DNA of 64,000 nucleotides from Fusobacterium ulcerans (GTDB lineage Bacteria; Fusobacteriota; Fusobacteriia; Fusobacteriales; Fusobacteriaceae): NCBI RefSeq assembly GCF_003019675.1, contig NZ_CP028105.1, positions 386,282 to 450,281 of the forward strand, read 5' to 3'. Shown piece by piece: positions 59,471 to 64,000 of this stretch (position 1 is its first letter; each line of letters starts with the position of its first letter). The notes under the pieces were generated by a model. It saw only the letters and a program-made list of their open reading frames with translations, ran no database searches and was not told where the DNA came from. The position numbers and the translations under genes were made by a program.

Positions 59471-62400
59471 ATGTCAGAAAATTCTGCAAGAAAAAATAAA
59501 ATGAAAAAGAAAATCCTATCTCCACTGCTCACAGTAGGTATCATGTCCATTTGTATACCTTTAGAAGATGCTTGGGCCAGCAGCCCTGTTGACTATGTGG
59601 GAACAGTCAACCTCCCTGCTTCTATTGGTACAGGTAAAGAAACTGCGAATGATGGTTGGACAGTGACCATTGGTAACGGCAGTACTCCAACTAAAGTAAC
59701 ACAGGATGGTAAAACAGTTATTAGTGTGAATGACAATGCTAAGATCACAGTCAAAACTGATGCTGCTGTAGAAGGAAATAGTAATTCTAATAGTGAGGGC
59801 CATTTTAACAGTGGCCCTAATGTCATTGAGTTTAATAGCAAATCTACATTGACCATTGAGGCTGGAGGTACTGTGCAGCAACTAGGTTCTACTACCAATG
59901 GAGAAGCCATCAATGCACATGGATTTGGCAACACCATTATCAATAATGGAACTATTCACAGCAACAATGGAGCAGCCTTATGGTTTCAAGATACCAGTAT
60001 CTCTGTGTCAGTTGCTGATAGAAATAAGGTTGTAAATCATGGAACTATCTCTACAAGTAAGGGCGATGGTTACAATGTGTTTGGTAGCAGTCGTGGCAAT
60101 GCCGGTCCAGGTCTGGTATTTGATAATTATGGAACTATTAAAGGATCTTTGAAATTTGGTAGTGGTGATGACAGTCTGCTTTTTGGACCTGGCTCAAAGA
60201 TTACTGGTAACGTTGATGGTGGTGGTGGAACAAATGATTTGACTTTGGATGCTAATTCAGGGGAGTCAGCTACATTGGCTGGTTCAGTTCTGAACTTTTC
60301 ATCTATTACCAAAGATGGTGAAGGAGCATGGGCAATTCTTGGTAGTGTTCCAGCTGTTCCTGGTGATCCACATCCATCATCACCTATCAATGGTTCATTG
60401 AAAGAGGTGGATTCTCTAGTCATTAAAAAAGGTCTGTTGTCATTGGTAGGAGCCAACCCAGACTTCAATGGTACTGTCAATATTGATGCTCCTGGTCAAT
60501 TGAGTGCTCAAGCTCAAGGAATAAATGGTGCTACCAATATGACAAATAATGGTAAACTAATTTTTGAACAGCCTATAGATGACAGTTATACTGGCAGTGC
60601 CATAACTGGAACTGGGCAAGTCGTTAAAAGTGGTACTGGCTCTTTGACTATGTCTTCTGGTACTGCCAATACCTACAGTGGTGGTACATTTATCAATGAG
60701 GGAGCTTTGGTTGTGGACAAAGACAGTGATCTTGGAGCTGTATCTGGCAGCATCACCCTTGGTACAGATAATACAGCTGGAGGAACTAATGGAACTTTAC
60801 GTTTTGACAGTTCTTTTAATCTGGAAACTACTCGGGCAATAACTCTGATGGAAGGTGGTGGAACCATTGACACTCAAGGATATATCACAAATATTGATCA
60901 GACTATTGCAGGTACTGGAACTTTGACAAAGACTGGTTCAGGCACTCTGACTTTGAATGCTACAAACAGCTATATTGGTGGTACTGTCCTTCAAGAAGGA
61001 GTGTTAGGTATAAACTCGGATTCAGCTTTAGGAAACAGCAACAGTCGTTTGGTAATGTATGACACTACAACACTTCAACTCAATGGAAATGTTGATTCAA
61101 ACCGACTTGTTACTCTAGCTGGTGGGCCATCAAGTATGATGACAATCAATACACAGGCTAATAATGGAGCTTTTAATGGTAATATAGATGGACTGGGAAG
61201 CCTTGTGAAAACAGGTAGTGGTACACTGTCCCTCTATGGAAACAATCTATATCAAGGTGGTACAAAGGTTAAGGAAGGAACACTGGCAATTAATTCTGAT
61301 GCTTCCCTTGGTGGAGTTAATGGTTTACTTGAGTTGGAGAGGAATACTACCTTGAAGCTGGATGGCAACGTCTATATGAACTCAAGACCTGTGATTATTG
61401 GTGGTGGTGATAATGCTACACTGCCACAATCAGTGACTATTGATACACAAGGATATACAGGAGTTATTTCACAAAATATTGACCAAAATGCAGGTGAAAA
61501 AACTGAATTAATCAAAACTGGTACTGGTACATTGGGATTATATGGCAATAATACCTACAGTGGAGGCACATGGGTAAAGAATGGTACAGTAGCAATTACA
61601 TCTCCCCTTAGCTTGGGAAAAAGTGATGTGCAACTGGGTGATCATGAAGATACTTCTTTAGATGGAAGCGGCAGTACACAGGGTACTTTACGTGCTGATG
61701 CTGATATTGATTTCAGAGGTTCAGGAAAATCCATCATTTTGAACAAGGGTGGTGGTACAATCAATACTAATGGAAATGCTGTTATATTAGATGAAAATTC
61801 TCTAAAAGATGGTATTGCAGGAACTGCTTCTGATTTAGGAAGAGATCTGCATAAAACAGGTGCAGGAGTGTTAACATTACTCGATAATCAGTATTATTCT
61901 GGTCGTACTTTTATTGATCAGGGAATCCTACGCCTAGATGCTGTTGAGCCCAACACACCTTTGAGCAATTCTAAAGGTTTGTTGAATACTTCAGAAGTGA
62001 CTATTGCTGCTGGATCCAGATTAGAGGGACAAGGTATTGTGGGAAATTCCATGAATGTACAGCTTAATAATTCAAATGCCCCAGTTGCTGCAAATTTAAC
62101 AACTATTATTAACAATGGTACCATCGCTCCAGGTCTTGAGCGTTTTAATAATACTTTTGATAGTACAGATTCTCAATTTGTCCCTCTGACTCTGGCAGGT
62201 AACTACAGAGCTGGAAAGGGGGCAGCAGTAGAGATTCATACTGAACTTCTGGATGATATATCCAATCATGGCTCATTAACTATTGATGGTGTAATTGATT
62301 CGGCTTCAGACAAAAGCGGAACTGGTGTAGTTGTTATTCATCAAGGAGGAAATGGTGCAACAACAAATCATGGTATTGAGATAATCCGTCTACGTGGCAA

Positions 62401-63628
62401 TAACTCTGGAGCTACTCAGGCTGATTTAATCAAACAGCTTGATGAAAATTTCCACCTTGTTTCTGATTTCAAAACAAGTAAAGGTCAAAATGCAGTTGTA
62501 GCTGGTGCTTACAGCTATATTATGGAGAGTGACAAAGATTGGTATGATAATCCTAATAACCAGGTTGGACTATTTTTACGTAATGCTACCAATAATGATG
62601 GTTCTCTGGTGCCCCATCCAGCAACACCACTTTATGAGACATATTCATTGATTCTGGGTAGCCTTAACAAACTGCCTACACTGGAACAAAGGATTGGTCA
62701 TCGTCCTTGGCTGAACGATAAAAATGGATATGAGACAGGCTATGACCGAGGCAAAACTGAGATTTATCCAAATAATGTCTGGATGCGTGTAGAAGGAATG
62801 AAAGGCTATTATGAGCCACACCTAGATTCAAACAAGGGCAGTACAAGTTCTTATAGACTGCGTTTCAGTAGAGTTAATGTTGGTGTGGATATGCCTATCT
62901 ATGAAAATGCTGATGGTTCTCGTCTAATTGCTGGAATCAATGGTAATATGAGCAGAGCTTGGTCTGACATAGATTCTATCCATGGCAGTGGAGATATAAC
63001 TACTACTGGATATGGACTTGGAGCTACTTTGACTTGGTATAACCACAATGGTTTTTATACTGATGCTCAAGCTTGGCATAATTGGTTCAAAAGTGATATT
63101 GACTCTAATACAATCACTACAGACTTAGATCAAGTAAAAGGAAATCATGCTAAAGGTTATGCATTAAGTCTTGAAGTAGGACGTATTTTTGACCTTAATC
63201 AACACTGGTCACTGACACCTCAAGCTCAGATAGCTTATTCACGTGTCAATTTTGATAGTTTTACTGATATCCAAAACAGCGTAATCATAAATGAAAAAGA
63301 TTATGTTGGGTTGGAAGGAAGACTTGGTCTAGCTCTTAATTATGAAAAGAGCCACCTAGATTCTTCTGGCAAAATGAGACGTAACAAGCTGTATATTTTA
63401 GGTAACATCCATCAGGAGTTCAAGGGTGACTCCACTGTCAGTATTTCTGGTGTAGATTATGAAAGTAAAATGAACAATACTTGGGTGAGTGTAGGAGTTG
63501 GTGGATCACATAATTGGGATAATGATAGATTTTCTATATATGGTGAATTAAGTTTGGCCAGCAGTACAAAAAAATTTGGTGAAGAATATGAATTGGCTGG
63601 AGAAATAGGTTTACGTATAGCTTTTTAG
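59471..63628 (+). CDS. Type Va autotransporter with PATR-type passenger repeats and C-terminal beta-barrel
   Basis: About 1386 aa from ATG 59471 with a GAGGTGA RBS. Extended signal peptide (MSENSARKNKMKKKILSPLLTVGIMSICIPLEDAWA). Repeated G(S/T)GTLTL...Y.GGT passenger-associated repeats. Terminal beta-barrel ends in ...GLRIAF. Confidence 0.8.
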   Translation: MSENSARKNKMKKKILSPLLTVGIMSICIPLEDAWASSPVDYVGTVNLPASIGTGKETANDGWTVTIGNGSTPTKVTQDGKTVISVNDNAKITVKTDAAVEGNSNSNSEGHFNSGPNVIEFNSKSTLTIEAGGTVQQLGSTTNGEAINAHGFGNTIINNGTIHSNNGAALWFQDTSISVSVADRNKVVNHGTISTSKGDGYNVFGSSRGNAGPGLVFDNYGTIKGSLKFGSGDDSLLFGPGSKITGNVDGGGGTNDLTLDANSGESATLAGSVLNFSSITKDGEGAWAILGSVPAVPGDPHPSSPINGSLKEVDSLVIKKGLLSLVGANPDFNGTVNIDAPGQLSAQAQGINGATNMTNNGKLIFEQPIDDSYTGSAITGTGQVVKSGTGSLTMSSGTANTYSGGTFINEGALVVDKDSDLGAVSGSITLGTDNTAGGTNGTLRFDSSFNLETTRAITLMEGGGTIDTQGYITNIDQTIAGTGTLTKTGSGTLTLNATNSYIGGTVLQEGVLGINSDSALGNSNSRLVMYDTTTLQLNGNVDSNRLVTLAGGPSSMMTINTQANNGAFNGNIDGLGSLVKTGSGTLSLYGNNLYQGGTKVKEGTLAINSDASLGGVNGLLELERNTTLKLDGNVYMNSRPVIIGGGDNATLPQSVTIDTQGYTGVISQNIDQNAGEKTELIKTGTGTLGLYGNNTYSGGTWVKNGTVAITSPLSLGKSDVQLGDHEDTSLDGSGSTQGTLRADADIDFRGSGKSIILNKGGGTINTNGNAVILDENSLKDGIAGTASDLGRDLHKTGAGVLTLLDNQYYSGRTFIDQGILRLDAVEPNTPLSNSKGLLNTSEVTIAAGSRLEGQGIVGNSMNVQLNNSNAPVAANLTTIINNGTIAPGLERFNNTFDSTDSQFVPLTLAGNYRAGKGAAVEIHTELLDDISNHGSLTIDGVIDSASDKSGTGVVVIHQGGNGATTNHGIEIIRLRGNNSGATQADLIKQLDENFHLVSDFKTSKGQNAVVAGAYSYIMESDKDWYDNPNNQVGLFLRNATNNDGSLVPHPATPLYETYSLILGSLNKLPTLEQRIGHRPWLNDKNGYETGYDRGKTEIYPNNVWMRVEGMKGYYEPHLDSNKGSTSSYRLRFSRVNVGVDMPIYENADGSRLIAGINGNMSRAWSDIDSIHGSGDITTTGYGLGATLTWYNHNGFYTDAQAWHNWFKSDIDSNTITTDLDQVKGNHAKGYALSLEVGRIFDLNQHWSLTPQAQIAYSRVNFDSFTDIQNSVIINEKDYVGLEGRLGLALNYEKSHLDSSGKMRRNKLYILGNIHQEFKGDSTVSISGVDYESKMNNTWVSVGVGGSHNWDNDRFSIYGELSLASSTKKFGEEYELAGEIGLRIAF

Positions 63629-63893
63629 ATTTTAGATAACAGTATGTCATTTTCTTTTTAAACAATATATTTTTTAATAATCATTTTTTCATTTTAATGA
63701 TATAATATAATAGTATAAATTTTTATCTCATAAATATATCCTGTCATTTAAAATATCAATGAGTTAAAAGCTTAAATATGGTTTTTATCTATGGATTACC
63801 CACAGCATAAAAATTGACATTTTCAGTAAGAAATGTTAAGATAATTCTGTTATCTTAAACAAATTTAATACATATAAAGAGGTGAAAAAAATT

Positions 63894-64000
63894 ATGTCTA
63901 TAATTGAAAACTGGGAAGAGCAGATGTACGATTCTACTTTCGATACTATATATGAGGCTCTTATTGAAGAATATAAAAGAGGAGACCTTACTGTTGAAGA
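63894..64000 (+). CDS. Start of an unidentified gene (partial, runs off the window)
   Basis: ATG at 63894 preceded by AGAGGTGA. MSIIENWEEQMYDSTFDTIYEALIEEYKRGDLTVE... Confidence 0.35.
   Translation, partial: MSIIENWEEQMYDSTFDTIYEALIEEYKRGDLTVE

Overview
This is a low-GC segment that looks like a Fusobacterium chromosome. From 1-8.4 kb it carries a partial amidohydrolase, an M20 peptidase, an NhaC antiporter, two tandem HU-family genes (one with an in-frame TGA), and the 3' 3.45 kb of a YNYG-repeat type Va autotransporter. Positions 8435-41450 are a ~33 kb Mu-like transposable prophage, all on the minus strand except the repressor and one secreted moron. It encodes a MuA-like DDE transposase, a MuB-like ATPase, a GemA-like protein, an XRE+S24 c-type repressor, a sigma-70 factor, an SPFH protein, a Dam methylase, TerS/TerL, a portal, a MuF-like protein, a capsid, a contractile tail/baseplate module, a holin and an M15 endolysin. 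The prophage sits inside the autotransporter gene with a 5-bp target duplication ACGGG. The missing N-terminal 92 codons of that gene, including the signal peptide, lie at 41451-41727 and re-join the 3' fragment exactly in frame. An orphan replication module (HTH, DnaC-like, DnaD-like) occupies 42.1-44.0 kb. The 44.4-50.2 kb stretch is a defence island. It holds a Cas13c-like type VI effector (two R-X4-H HEPN motifs, about 1117 aa) flanked by three 3-repeat mini CRISPR arrays that share a conserved leader-like flank, and no cas1/cas2 is present. A complete type III toxin-antitoxin (ToxN/AbiQ-family toxin, three 35-nt ToxI-like RNA repeats, an internal terminator) is nested between arrays 1 and 2. 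Further right are a MerR/GyrI-like regulator, a GntR-like remnant, a gene pair of unknown function with higher GC (574 aa and 155 aa, convergent), an M42 aminopeptidase, an OppA-like lipoprotein, a mutarotase, a split LysO-family exporter, and a second ~1386 aa autotransporter. I could not run any searches, so all protein calls rest on motifs read by eye and on gene order.
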